DNA of 64,000 nt from Polyangiaceae bacterium (GCA_036261775.1 DATAKF010000499.1:8524-72523), one strand, 5' to 3'; numbered from the stretch's first letter, positions 9,954 to 19,697 are shown. The notes: generated by a model not told the origin, from the sequence alone. Numbers and translations: made by a program.

Positions 9954-10841
9954 ATGAATAGCCAGTTTCCGTCCGATTCACCGCTGCGCGATCGCAGCCA
10001 GGAAATCGTCGGCGACCGTTACCGGCTGCTGAGCGTGCTCGATCGCGGTGGGCAAGCCGCCGTGTACCGCGCGGTCGACCTGCGCATGGGTGACGAAGTC
10101 GCGGTCAAGGTGCTGGTGCCGCCCAAGAAGGCGGACGCCTCGTGGCGCGAGCGAATGCTGCGCGAGGTGCACGCGCTCACGGTGCTGGCCGGCACCGCCG
10201 CCGTGCGCGTCTACCACCAGGTTTGGGGTGACGACGGCACGCTGTTTCTCATCATGGAGCTTTTGCACGGCGCCAACCTGGAGACGTGCCTCGACAAAGC
10301 CAAAGAGCACGGGCAGACGCTGGGCTTCGCGGACTTGAAGCCGATCATGGAACCGGTGGTCAGCACGCTCGAGACCGCGCACGCCGCGGGCATTCTTCAC
10401 CGCGATTTGAAGCCCGGAAACATCTTCGTGCAGCACGACGGCAGCGTGCGCTTGCTCGACTTCGGCTTTGCCAAGTTCTTGCGCATGCGCAGCGTCACCT
10501 TGGCCGGGCACATCGCAGGCTCTCCCAGCTACATCGCGCCCGAGTGCTGGAAGGAGACGACCGAGGCGCTCGACCAGCGCATCGACGTGTACGGCATGAG
10601 CGCCGTGGTGTTTCGGGTGCTGGCCGGGCGTCCGCCGTTCGTGGGCGACGGCGTGATTCAGATCATGCGCCAGTGCTGCAGCGCGCCGCGCCCCAGCCTG
10701 CACGCGCTGCGCCCCGACCTGCCGCCCGCGATTGACGACTGGGTCAAGGCCGCGCTCGCCATCGAGCGAGAAGAGCGCTTCACGACCGTGCGAGCGTCGT
10801 GGCGCGCGCTGTGCGCCGTGCTGTCGCCCAAGGCTGGCTAG
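9954..10841 (+). CDS. Ser/Thr protein kinase (kinase domain only)
   Basis: RGGQAAVY, VAVKVL, HRDLKPGNI, DFG, GSPSYIAPE, DVYG. No TM segment. Confidence 0.9.
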   Translation: MNSQFPSDSPLRDRSQEIVGDRYRLLSVLDRGGQAAVYRAVDLRMGDEVAVKVLVPPKKADASWRERMLREVHALTVLAGTAAVRVYHQVWGDDGTLFLIMELLHGANLETCLDKAKEHGQTLGFADLKPIMEPVVSTLETAHAAGILHRDLKPGNIFVQHDGSVRLLDFGFAKFLRMRSVTLAGHIAGSPSYIAPECWKETTEALDQRIDVYGMSAVVFRVLAGRPPFVGDGVIQIMRQCCSAPRPSLHALRPDLPPAIDDWVKAALAIEREERFTTVRASWRALCAVLSPKAG

Positions 10842-11014
10842 CGCAGCGCATTCGACCTGCGGTCAACAATCGCGAAGCGATTGTCCGCTGCGCGGCGTGC
10901 GCTGCGCTAGTGTCTTTCTCGCTGGGGCTTCGCCCCGGATCCCGCGTCCGCTTCGCGTCCGCCTAGTGCAGCGCCGGTTTCCAAGTTGCTGCTACCTCGC
11001 TTGCGCTGCACTAG
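10838..11014 (-). repeat. CTAG-bounded modular palindromic element, copy B (inverted relative to A)
   Basis: Four CTAGs delimit three modules. Internal hairpins acaatcgc-gaa-gcgattgt and ggggc-ttc-gcccc. Confidence 0.85.
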
Positions 11015-11049
11015 TCAGGTCGTCGAGACGCGGGCCTGATGGCGCGAGC

Positions 11050-11913
11050 TCAGAAAGCGTAGCCGAACGCCACCGACAGGATGATGCCGCCGTCGTAGAT
11101 GCCCTTCACGTAGTTGTAGGCGTCCGTGGAGCCCGAGACGTACGTGGTGTTTTTGTCTTTGAGCAGGAACGAGTAGCCAGCGGCGGCGGTGAAGACGAAG
11201 CCTTCGGTACCGGTGTAGTTCACGCCGCCTGCCAGCTGCGCAAACGGCGATGCCGCGACTTTCATCTTGGCTTTGTCGGTGCCGTACTGCGCATCGATCT
11301 CTTGGTCGGCGAAGCCGCTGGCGAACGCCGCGCCCGCGCCCAGGAACGGCGTCCAATCGCCGGTGAGGAAGTTGTAGCGGACACGCCCGCCAATGCGCCA
11401 ACCCGTGAGGGACAAGCCGAGCCCGCTGTCGAGCGCGAGCTGCGGAATTGGGTGATAGCTGAAGATGACGCCCAGCCCCGCGAGCCCATTCCAGCCAAGC
11501 TCACCACCGATGATGAACGGACGGCGCAGCCGGATGGGACGCGCGTCGAGATCACGTGGGGGGGGCTGCGGAGGCTCTGTGTACGTGGGCGGTAGCGGCG
11601 AGCCTGGAGGAGGTACAGCCGCTGGCGGAGGAGCCGCTGCGGGAGGTGGCGGCGGTAGCGGCGCGCCATCGGCGGCGGGCGGCGGAGCGACCGGCGCGGG
11701 TTCGGGCGTGGGAACCGGCGCAGGTGTTGGCGCAACGGCGGGCGCTGGCGCGGGCGTTGGCGCCGGCGCGGGCGTTGGCGCCGGCGCGGGCGTTGGCGCT
11801 GCCGGGAAAGCAGCCGTAGGCGCTGGCGCGGGCTTTGGCGCTTGCGCGAACGCCATTGCCGAAACCCATGAGCTCGTAAGCAAGATCGACCCAACCAACC
11901 AACGCATCTTCAC
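11050..11913 (-). CDS. Pro-rich N-terminus plus outer-membrane beta-barrel-like protein
   Basis: Signal peptide, PAPT repeats, alternating strands, terminal VAFGYAF. Confidence 0.7.
   Translation of the reverse strand: MKMRWLVGSILLTSSWVSAMAFAQAPKPAPAPTAAFPAAPTPAPAPTPAPAPTPAPAPAVAPTPAPVPTPEPAPVAPPPAADGAPLPPPPPAAAPPPAAVPPPGSPLPPTYTEPPQPPPRDLDARPIRLRRPFIIGGELGWNGLAGLGVIFSYHPIPQLALDSGLGLSLTGWRIGGRVRYNFLTGDWTPFLGAGAAFASGFADQEIDAQYGTDKAKMKVAASPFAQLAGGVNYTGTEGFVFTAAAGYSFLLKDKNTTYVSGSTDAYNYVKGIYDGGIILSVAFGYAF
11746..11799. repeat. 18-bp tandem repeat (about 3 copies) encoding PAPTPA
   Basis: ggcgcgggcgttggcgcc repeated inside the CDS. Confidence 0.7.
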
Positions 11914-11989
11914 TCTCCCTGACGAAGCCTGGTTCAGTTGGCGTGCTTCGTAAAGCTATCTTTTTTTGATGCCAGAACTCACGTGCCAC

Positions 11990-13039
11990 TCAGCTTGGCG
12001 AAGGCTGGTTCGCGCCCGTGGCCGGCTCGAGCAAGACTTGGTCGCTCAGCGGGCGAGCAATGCTGCGTGTGATGTTCCAGCCGGCCTGCTCGGCGAGCGC
12101 CGCGAACACCGGCAAACCGCGCGGTTTGGTGGCTGCCGTGCTGGTGAGCTTCAAAGTGCGGATGACTTCGTCGTCGCGGGTGACGGAGCCGACCACGAAA
12201 GCGTCGGAGCCGTGCGGCAGCGCTTTCAAGTTTTCGACGATGTCACGGTCGCTGCCGTACTCGAATAGCCCGCCTTCGGACGACGCTACGAGCAGCGCGC
12301 CGTCTTGGCGGGCTCGTTCGAGGAACGGAGTCAGCTCCGAGGCGCGGCCCCAATCGTAGCGCGCGTGCCGAAACTCTACGTCGAGCCCGCTGAGCGGCGC
12401 GCCCGGCGCTTGCAGCGCTGCGAGCGCGCGTTGGCCGAAGGCGGGCCCGTTTTCGTCGCCGTCGAGCACGTGCAGTGTGATGTGCCGTTCAGCCAACAGC
12501 TCGGGCTGTTCGCGCTTCAACAACAGCAGCGCGTTCAAGCTATCCATGGCCGGACCGCCGGCGATGTTCACGAACTGAAGCGGTCGCTGCGCGTCCTTTG
12601 CCAGGCGCGGCGCCAAACCATCCGCCAGCAGCCGCGCCATGTCCGACAAGCGCAGCCGCACCGAGATTGCCGGCAAGCTCATCAAGATGCGGCGATCGAC
12701 CGGCACCGCGTACGAGCCCAGGTTCTTGGGGCCGATCTTGAACAAGTAGGTGGTCATGCCGTCCAGAAAGCCACCCTCCGCGCGGCGCAGCCCTTGCCCA
12801 ATGCGTGAGCCGCGCATGAAGAAGCGCAGCATGACCGCCCGTAGCCAGCGCGGCAGCTGCGCAAAGCGGCGCTGCTCCTCCAAGAAGTGCAGCTTCAGCG
12901 CTTGCTGCTTCTCGTCAGTCAGCGCACAAGCGAACGCCGGGTGCGTTACGTCCACGACGGGCAGCTCGAGCCCATCGTTCGTCACCGCGTAACAGACGCC
13001 CGGCCTTTTTTTGTGCACGGCGCGCCGGATCTCGGGCAT
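11990..13039 (-). CDS. Hypothetical protein, possible class I SAM-dependent methyltransferase fold
   Basis: FVNIAGGPAMD resembles motif I, followed by ITLHVLD and SSEGGLFEY. Confidence 0.55.
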   Translation of the reverse strand: MPEIRRAVHKKRPGVCYAVTNDGLELPVVDVTHPAFACALTDEKQQALKLHFLEEQRRFAQLPRWLRAVMLRFFMRGSRIGQGLRRAEGGFLDGMTTYLFKIGPKNLGSYAVPVDRRILMSLPAISVRLRLSDMARLLADGLAPRLAKDAQRPLQFVNIAGGPAMDSLNALLLLKREQPELLAERHITLHVLDGDENGPAFGQRALAALQAPGAPLSGLDVEFRHARYDWGRASELTPFLERARQDGALLVASSEGGLFEYGSDRDIVENLKALPHGSDAFVVGSVTRDDEVIRTLKLTSTAATKPRGLPVFAALAEQAGWNITRSIARPLSDQVLLEPATGANQPSPS

Positions 13040-13130
13040 CGCAAAGCCTTACTACCACAGCGCGAGTGTCCCTGAATTGGCTGGGGCGCACGTGCACGTT
13101 TACGGGGGCTGTGGCATGCGCGGAGGCGCT

Positions 13131-13925
13131 TTAGACGTCGATGAACCCTTCCAGGTACAGCGCGGCATGGCCGGCGATGCTGACGCGATTCGTGGTGGCT
13201 TGGAGCTCGCACCACAGCTCGCCGCCGCGCGCCGAAACTTGACGCGCGAAGAGCTGCGTCTTGCCGAGCTTGGCGGCCCAATAGGGCACCAGGCGTGTGT
13301 GCGAGGAGCCAGTGACGTGATCTTCGGGCACGCCGGCGCCCGGTGCGAAGAAGCGCGACACGAAGTCGCAGTCGGTGCCGGGCGCGGTGCAGATGATGCC
13401 GTGAATGCCGGTGGCGACGATGCCGGCCATGTCGGGCCGCAGCGCGCGCACCTCGGCTTCGGTTTCGTAGCGCGCGAGCCACTGCCAACCCGAATACAGC
13501 TCGCGCGGCGCGCTGCCGCCGAGCGCGGCGAGTAGCTCGGGGTTTTGCGCGTTGGGCTCGAGCGTGTTGACGGGAAAGTCCATGACTAGGCGCTCGGCGG
13601 CACGCGTGACTGTCAAAGGCCCGCTGAGCGACTGAAACACCACGCGCTTGCGAGCGGGCTCCAGGCGATGGAACACCACCCACGCGGACGCCAAGGTGGC
13701 GTGTCCGCACAGCGGCACTTCTTCGGTCGGTGTGAACCAGCGAATGCGAAACTCGGCTTCTTCGCGCACGATGAACGCGGTTTCGGCGAGGTTGTTTTCG
13801 GCGGCAATCGCCAGCAGCGTCTCGTCGGGCAGCCACGCGTCGAGCGGCACGACGGCTGCTGGGTTGCCACCAAAGCGACGCCCGCTAAAGGCATCGACCT
13901 GCCAAATCGGAAGCTTGAGGGGCAC
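13131..13925 (-). CDS. PhzF-family isomerase/epimerase
   Basis: QVDAFSGRRFGGNPAAV, ENNLAETAF, RWFTPTEEVPLCGHATLA, EDHVTGS. Confidence 0.92.
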   Translation of the reverse strand: MPLKLPIWQVDAFSGRRFGGNPAAVVPLDAWLPDETLLAIAAENNLAETAFIVREEAEFRIRWFTPTEEVPLCGHATLASAWVVFHRLEPARKRVVFQSLSGPLTVTRAAERLVMDFPVNTLEPNAQNPELLAALGGSAPRELYSGWQWLARYETEAEVRALRPDMAGIVATGIHGIICTAPGTDCDFVSRFFAPGAGVPEDHVTGSSHTRLVPYWAAKLGKTQLFARQVSARGGELWCELQATTNRVSIAGHAALYLEGFIDV

Positions 13926-13941
13926 GGGGCCAGTCTAGCCA

Positions 13942-14163
13942 ATGGATCTCGGCGCGCCGCAGAAAACACCGATCGAGATTCAAACCGATCAGGCGGCAGC
14001 CGATCCGCCTGCCTGGGCTTGGTCGCCGAACGGTCAGTTCATCGCGATCGCCGATGGCTTGCACCAACAACGGCTCGCCCGCATCGACGGTGCGGCCGCG
14101 TCGACGCCCGTGGCGTTGGGCGTATCGAGCGCCATCGGCATCGACTTTGCCTGGCAGCCGTAG
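13942..14163 (+). pseudogene. C-terminal remnant of a TolB/PD40-type beta-propeller protein
   Basis: 73 aa with WSPNGQFIA blade motif and terminal FAWQP. Too short for a propeller. Confidence 0.5.
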
Positions 14164-14208
14164 CGGCTAGAACATGCCGAGCGACATCGTTTTTGGTGCC
14201 GTGAGTGT

Positions 14209-14865
14209 TCAGCCGCGGCTGGCGCGCCACTCGACGAGCGCCGGGCGGTAGCTGGCGCGCAAGATGAACTTTGCTTCGCCCCGAGCGAGCCGTCGCTTGA
14301 AGGTGGAGATGGCCATGTCACATGCCTTGGCGGCTTCTTCGACGGACAAGCCCTCCAGGCGGTGGAGCAAGAGCGCGATGCGTTCCTCCGGTGGCAAGCG
14401 GTTCAGGATGCCCAAGACCTCTTTGGCGACGTCGGCCTGCGTCTCCATCGAAGGTGCCGGGACCTCGGGCAGCTCTTCGGCGGGGTGGAAGGTGAGCCAA
14501 CGCCGCCGCCAGCGCGAGCGCAGGTTGGCGCGCACCTTACCGACCGTGATGCCGAGCAGCCAGCTCTTGAGCAGGGCGGGCTCGCGCAGCTTGCGAATGG
14601 AGGTGATGGCAGCCACGAACACCTCTTGCACCACGTCGTCCAGCTCGGCGTCGGCGCCGAGCATGCGGTGCACGAGGCCGCGCACGTTGAGCGCGTAGCG
14701 GTCGTACAGGCGTCCTGCTGCGCCGAGGTCGTGCGCGCGTAGCGCGTCGACCAGCATGGCGTCTGTCTCCACCCCCGGAACCGCGAAGGCGACGCCGGAA
14801 ATGGGAGCGCGCCGCGACTCCGGGAGTGGAGTCAGCAGGCGGCGAGCGGGTTCACGGAGGGCCAC
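14209..14865 (-). CDS. ECF-type RNA polymerase sigma-70 factor
   Basis: DDVVQEVF, LKSWLLGI (region 2); LNRLPPEERIALLLHRLEGLSVEEAA...STFKRRL (region 4). Confidence 0.9.
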   Translation of the reverse strand: MALREPARRLLTPLPESRRAPISGVAFAVPGVETDAMLVDALRAHDLGAAGRLYDRYALNVRGLVHRMLGADAELDDVVQEVFVAAITSIRKLREPALLKSWLLGITVGKVRANLRSRWRRRWLTFHPAEELPEVPAPSMETQADVAKEVLGILNRLPPEERIALLLHRLEGLSVEEAAKACDMAISTFKRRLARGEAKFILRASYRPALVEWRASRG

Positions 14866-14955
14866 GAAGGGTGAGTGCCAGCAGGGCAGCCCCTCCGTGA
14901 CGGCCAGGGTGACGATTTCGAAAATGGTCCCAAGCGCGGGCGGGCGCTTGCGGAA

Positions 14956-15951
14956 TCAACGACCCAGCGTCCACCCCAGGCCGAGCATGATGTGCTTTTG
15001 GCCCACGACTGGATCGCTCAGGTCGGCGTCGACCTTGGCGAAGCTCGTGAAGAAGACGCGCCCCTTGCCCGGCGTGCGGTACCACGAGACGGCGGTGTCC
15101 TTCTTGTCGCCGCCCGACCATTTGCACTTCACCAGCACCTTCGAGTCTTCCGCCACGAAGTCGGCGTTGTCGAGGTCGCCGGTGTAGTCGAAGGTCGCTG
15201 GCAGCATGTCCGTCGTGGCGTGCGCTTCCATGGTGCGGCAGGCGCTGAGGCCGTTGAAGTAGCCGTGCCCACCGCGGCCGCCGATCACGCTGTTGTAAGG
15301 ATGCGGAGGCTCTGCGGATTGAAACGTCACGCTCGCGCAGTGCGTGCCAAAGAGGCCGCCACCACCTTCGACGAACGCCTTCAACGCGGCCGTTTGTGCG
15401 TCGCCCATGCTGCCTTTGCCGAACGGCTCGAAGCAGGTGTTGATCATGCCGACGCCGCCGAAGCGCGCCAAGTTGGTGGTGCTCAGGTCGTCGGGCTTGA
15501 CGCTGCGCTCGACCTCGTAGCCCCAGGCTTTGAGCTGCGTCTCCAGCAGCGTGAGCTGCTGTGGCACGCTGTCGATGACGAGCGTGCTGAAGCTGTACAA
15601 GAGCACGCGCTTGGGGAGCGACGGATTGGTCGCGCCGCCGCTACCGGCCATGCCGCCGTTGTTGCCAGCGCTGCCGCCCTGCGACGCACCGGAAGCGCTG
15701 CCGCCCGTGCCGGCGTTGCTTCCACCCGCGCTCGAGCCACCAAGGTTTTGGCCGGCGCTGCCCGCCGAGCTCGCGCTGCCGCCGCTGGGGTTGGCGCTGC
15801 CACCTGCATTACTGCCCGAACCCGTGGTGCCAGCCGCACTGTTCGTGCCGGCGCTCCCCGCGCCTCCGCCCGTGTCGCTCGGCGTGACCTCGGGATCGCA
15901 GGCAAGGGCGCACACGGCGCTTAGCATCCAGGCGCGCGACAGCCGGCTCAT
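14956..15951 (-). CDS. ThuA-like (class I glutamine amidotransferase-like) domain lipoprotein
   Basis: Lipobox ALAC, Gly/Ser linker, FVEGGGGLFGTH, VSWYRTPGKGRVFFT. Confidence 0.8.
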   Translation of the reverse strand: MSRLSRAWMLSAVCALACDPEVTPSDTGGGAGSAGTNSAAGTTGSGSNAGGSANPSGGSASSAGSAGQNLGGSSAGGSNAGTGGSASGASQGGSAGNNGGMAGSGGATNPSLPKRVLLYSFSTLVIDSVPQQLTLLETQLKAWGYEVERSVKPDDLSTTNLARFGGVGMINTCFEPFGKGSMGDAQTAALKAFVEGGGGLFGTHCASVTFQSAEPPHPYNSVIGGRGGHGYFNGLSACRTMEAHATTDMLPATFDYTGDLDNADFVAEDSKVLVKCKWSGGDKKDTAVSWYRTPGKGRVFFTSFAKVDADLSDPVVGQKHIMLGLGWTLGR

Positions 15952-16031
15952 TCCCCGAGGCTACGCGCGTACCCGGCCAGGCATCTTGCACGGCCCGGGC
16001 ATTTTCTTGCAGATTTGCCGCGTCGGCCCCG

Positions 16032-16538
16032 TTACTGCGGGCAACAGGCGCCGTAGCGCGAGCCGGTGACGAAATTCACGCTGGCGCACTTACCCCCTTT
16101 GGTCCCATTGAGGGTGATGAACGCGCCCGTGTCGTCACAGGCGTAGGCCTGGGGGCGAGCCGGATCGGGAGGCTCAGCCGGGTAGAAGTCGAGGCAATCG
16201 GCGTCGCTGCCGGCCACGCGCTTGCACATGCCGGCAGGCTTGGCGCCGCCGCTGCCACCGCCGCTGCTAGTACCGGCGTGGCTCGCGGTGCCGGCCGTGG
16301 CGGTGCCGCCTTGGCTCGTACCGGCCGCGGTCGAACCCGCTGAGGCGCCGCCCATGCCGCCGCCGCCTCCCTTGCCGCCCGGCAGATCGAGGCTGATTGA
16401 ACCCGCGCTTCCGCCGCTTCCGCCGCTGCCTGCCTTGGTCTGCTCAATCTCGGAGCCGGGCCCGGTGTCCTCGCCGCTGCAGCCGCCGGCAATGCCCACC
16501 AGAATCGCGCCCACTCCGCACCAAGTCGTTCTTCGCAT
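16032..16538 (-). CDS. Gly-rich lipoprotein with small Cys-rich C-terminal domain
   Basis: IAGGC lipobox, Gly/Ser/Thr linker, terminal GACCPQ. Confidence 0.65.
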   Translation of the reverse strand: MRRTTWCGVGAILVGIAGGCSGEDTGPGSEIEQTKAGSGGSGGSAGSISLDLPGGKGGGGGMGGASAGSTAAGTSQGGTATAGTASHAGTSSGGGSGGAKPAGMCKRVAGSDADCLDFYPAEPPDPARPQAYACDDTGAFITLNGTKGGKCASVNFVTGSRYGACCPQ

Positions 16539-16611
16539 CGAGCCCTCCGCACTTAGACGTCGCTCCGGCCAGTATTGTGCATCACGGGGCCCGAGAAAAG
16601 GGCCCCTCCCC

Positions 16612-17169
16612 TTACTCGCTGATTTCGCGCAGCACGCGGCAGGGGTTGCCAGCCGCCACGACCCCACCCGGCACGTCGCGCGTCACCACGCTGCCCGCCC
16701 CAATCACGCTTTTGTCGCCGATCTTCACGCCGGGCAAAATGATGGCGCCTCCACCAACCCAGCAGTCGCTGCCAATTTCGATCGGCTTCGCAAACTCCTC
16801 GCGACGCCGCTGGGCCGCATTGAGCGGGTGCGTCGCGGTGTAGATCTGCACCGCCGGACCGAACATCGTAAATTCGCCGATCCTCACTTCACACACGTCG
16901 AGCACGACACAGTTGAAGTTGAAGTACACGCGCTGCCCCAAGTGAATGTTGGAGCCGTAGTCACAGAAGAACGGCGGCTGAATCCAAGCCGCGTTTCCGC
17001 CGCTGCCCAGCAGCTGCTCGAGCAACTTGCGCCGCTCCGCCTGCGCCGACTCGGCCGTAGCATTGAGCGCCCAACATAAATCGCGCGCCCGCTCCCGTCG
17101 CCGCACCAACTCCGCGTCCGCGGGGTCGTACATCTCGCCGGCGACCATCTTCTCGAGCTCGGACTTCAT
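16612..17169 (-). CDS. maa: Maltose/galactoside O-acetyltransferase
   Basis: EKMVAGEMYD, PFFCDYGSNI, YTATHPL, hexapeptide repeats, GNPCRV. Confidence 0.88.
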   Translation of the reverse strand: MKSELEKMVAGEMYDPADAELVRRRERARDLCWALNATAESAQAERRKLLEQLLGSGGNAAWIQPPFFCDYGSNIHLGQRVYFNFNCVVLDVCEVRIGEFTMFGPAVQIYTATHPLNAAQRRREEFAKPIEIGSDCWVGGGAIILPGVKIGDKSVIGAGSVVTRDVPGGVVAAGNPCRVLREISE

Positions 17170-17367
17170 GGGACTTCTTTGTACTACGACACTGCCACGA
17201 GTCGGCGCGTTCGAACGAAAGTGACGCGGGCATGAGTCGAGCGGGTTTCATGCGCGATCGACTGACGGTGTTTGTCGACGACTCGGCGCGCGGCCCAACG
17301 TCGCGTGCCGCTACGTGTTAAGGTGGCTGCGAAAGCGGCGCACGAAGCAGCCGATACGAGGTGCAAC

Positions 17368-18180
17368 GTGCAGATCCGACTTGGCTACGAGCTCAAGTAC
17401 ACTTTTACGCAGCAGACCCCCGTCATTTTGACGCTGAATATTCACCACTCGCGGGCCGCAGACCTGCTCATGCCCGACCGCTTGCACACTGATCCGGGTA
17501 TTCCGACCAGGGCCTACCGCGATGGCTTCGGCAATTGGTGCACGCGCCTCGTCGCGCCAGCCGGGCAAGTGCGCATCTGGAGCGAGGCCCTGATTAACGA
17601 CAACGGGCTGCCGGACGTCACCGCTCCCGCGGCCCAGCAGGTTCCCGTCGACTTGCTACCCGAAGAAACGTTGGTCTACCTGCTCGGCAGTCGCTACTGC
17701 GAAACGGATCAGCTCTCGGAGCTGGCATGGAAGCTGTTCGAGCGCGCGCCGCAGGGTTGGGGCCGCGTGCAGGCCATTTGCGACTTCGTGCATCGCCACA
17801 TCAAGTTCGGCTACGAGTTCGCGAGCCCCTCCAAGACTGCCTTTGGCGCCTACAACGAGGGACGCGGGGTGTGCAGAGACTACGCGCACCTGGCCATCAC
17901 GCTCTGTCGCTGCATGAACATTCCCGCGCGCTATTGCACGGGCTACTTGGGCGACATCGGCATTCCACCCATGGCCGCGCCGATGGATTTTGCCGGCTGG
18001 TTCGAGGCGTACCTGGGGGGCGCCTGGTTCACGTTCGACCCGCGCAACAATACGCCACGCATCGGCCGCGTGCTGATCGCGCGCGGGCGGGACGCCGCAG
18101 ACGTGGCCATCAACACCACGTTCGGTCCCAACAAGCTCGACTCGTTCGCGGTGATCGCGGAAGAAGTCGCGGCCCAGTGA
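17368..18180 (+). CDS. Transglutaminase-like protein
   Basis: GVCRDYAHLAITLCRCMNIPARYCTGY, WFEAYLGGAWFTFDP. GTG start after a GAGG RBS. Confidence 0.9.
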   Translation: MQIRLGYELKYTFTQQTPVILTLNIHHSRAADLLMPDRLHTDPGIPTRAYRDGFGNWCTRLVAPAGQVRIWSEALINDNGLPDVTAPAAQQVPVDLLPEETLVYLLGSRYCETDQLSELAWKLFERAPQGWGRVQAICDFVHRHIKFGYEFASPSKTAFGAYNEGRGVCRDYAHLAITLCRCMNIPARYCTGYLGDIGIPPMAAPMDFAGWFEAYLGGAWFTFDPRNNTPRIGRVLIARGRDAADVAINTTFGPNKLDSFAVIAEEVAAQ

Positions 18181-18905
18181 CGTACTGCGTCGGCCTGCTG
18201 CTGAAGCACGGCATCATCTTCGCTTCGGATTCCCGCACCAACGCGGGTGTCGACAATTTTTCGCAGTTCTGCAAGATGACGGTGTTCGAGCGGCCGGGCG
18301 ATCGTGTGATCGTCCTGCTGAGCTCGGGCGGCTTGGCCGGCACGCAAGCCATCATCAGCGTGCTCAAGCAGCGCGCCGAGCTGAACGACGGCGCGCCCAA
18401 CATCTGGACGGCGCGCACGATGTTCGACGTCGCGCACCTGGTCTCCGACGCAACCCGCGACGTCGAGCGTCGCGACGCAGCGCACGCCAAAAGCGCCGCC
18501 TTGCTCTTCAACGCCTCGTTCATCTTCGGCGGGCAGATTGCCGGCGAAGCGCCGCGCCTGTTTCGCACTTACGCCGAGACGAACTTCATCGAGGCCGAAA
18601 CCGACAGCCCGTTCTTGCAGACGGGCGAAACCAAGTACGGCAAGCCGATCCTCGACCGCGTCATCACGCCCAGCACGAGCTTAGCGGACGCGACCAAGTG
18701 CGTCCTCATCTCGTTCGACTCCACCATGCGCAGCAACCTGTCCGTCGGTCTGCCCATCGACTTGTTGAGCTACGAAGCCGACAGCCTGAAGGTCACTCGC
18801 CGAAAGCGCCTCGATCAAGGTGACCCGTACTTTACCGAGCTGCGCTCGGCTTGGAGCGAAGGAGTACGAAGCGCCTTCCGTCAATTGCCCGAGCCGTCTT
18901 GGTAA
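18177..18905 (+). CDS. Anbu proteasome-type (Ntn) protease
   Basis: GTGA overlap with the upstream gene. (M)TYCVG...ASDSRTNAGVD, QTGETKYGKPILDR, SFDSTMRSNLSVGLPIDL. Confidence 0.9.
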   Translation: MTYCVGLLLKHGIIFASDSRTNAGVDNFSQFCKMTVFERPGDRVIVLLSSGGLAGTQAIISVLKQRAELNDGAPNIWTARTMFDVAHLVSDATRDVERRDAAHAKSAALLFNASFIFGGQIAGEAPRLFRTYAETNFIEAETDSPFLQTGETKYGKPILDRVITPSTSLADATKCVLISFDSTMRSNLSVGLPIDLLSYEADSLKVTRRKRLDQGDPYFTELRSAWSEGVRSAFRQLPEPSW

Positions 18906-18959
18906 GCGGGTGACGCCTAAGTCGCGTTGGGGACGATGTCGCGGCGTCCTTGCGTGCAG

Positions 18960-19101
18960 TCGACACGATGGGCGATCCGAGCGTCATGGCCGTCATGCAC
19001 TCGATCTGGCAGAGCCCCCGTACGCTGGCCGTCGTCGGTGGCTCGAATAGCGCGCTCATGGTCGCGTCGAGCGACGTCTTCGCGAGGTGAAAGCTGAACA
19101 T
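18960..19101 (-). pseudogene. Probable N-terminal gene remnant (hypothetical, CrtA-like family from memory)
   Basis: GGAGG RBS then MFSFHLAKTSLDATMSALFEPPT...ECMTAMTLGSPIVS. Coding character is lost after about 48 codons. Confidence 0.35.
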
Positions 19102-19169
19102 CCGCACCTCCAATGCTGGCCGAGTTCGGGGCACGGATGACGATGGTGAAGGGGGACGCGGCACGGGAC

Positions 19170-19697
19170 ATGCAAACTGCACCTGAAATGACGACGCGCT
19201 CGCTAAGTAATGATTCGGAGGCTAAGCGCGACGGCGGAGCGTCCGCCGCGCCGATTCGGGTGCTGTTTCTGTGCTGGGACAACTCGGCGCGGAGTCAAAT
19301 GGCCGAAGCCATCCTGCGATCCCTGGGGGGACGTCACTTTGCCGCGTACAGCGCTGGGGTGAAGCCGGCTGACGCCATCGATGCGCATGCCCTTTCAATT
19401 TTGGAGGAGCGCGGCATCCCGGTGGATGGGCTGACCCCGAAGGGTCTCGGGGTGTTCGAGAGTCAGTCGTTCGACTACGTGGTCAGTCTCGCTGACCCCG
19501 CGCGCGAACGAGCACCCAACCTCACGGGAGCAGACGTGATGCACTGGTCGTTCGTCGATCCGGAGCGGAGCCTCGAGGAGCACAAGGATCCGCATCCTTA
19601 CGAGCACTTGTTTGCCGAGCTCAACCAACGCATCCGCCTCTTGCTGATCACCGCCGAACGCAGCGAGCGCGAGGCGCGGCGCGGAATGCAAACGTAG
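19170..19697 (+). CDS. LMW-PTP / ArsC-family protein
   Basis: P-loop VLFLCWDNSARSQMAEA, SAG, HWSFVDP. Start uncertain. Confidence 0.8.
   Translation: MQTAPEMTTRSLSNDSEAKRDGGASAAPIRVLFLCWDNSARSQMAEAILRSLGGRHFAAYSAGVKPADAIDAHALSILEERGIPVDGLTPKGLGVFESQSFDYVVSLADPARERAPNLTGADVMHWSFVDPERSLEEHKDPHPYEHLFAELNQRIRLLLITAERSEREARRGMQT

Noticed and set aside
11972-11988. TGGCACG on the minus strand as a sigma-54 promoter
   Set aside because: No GC at the -12 position
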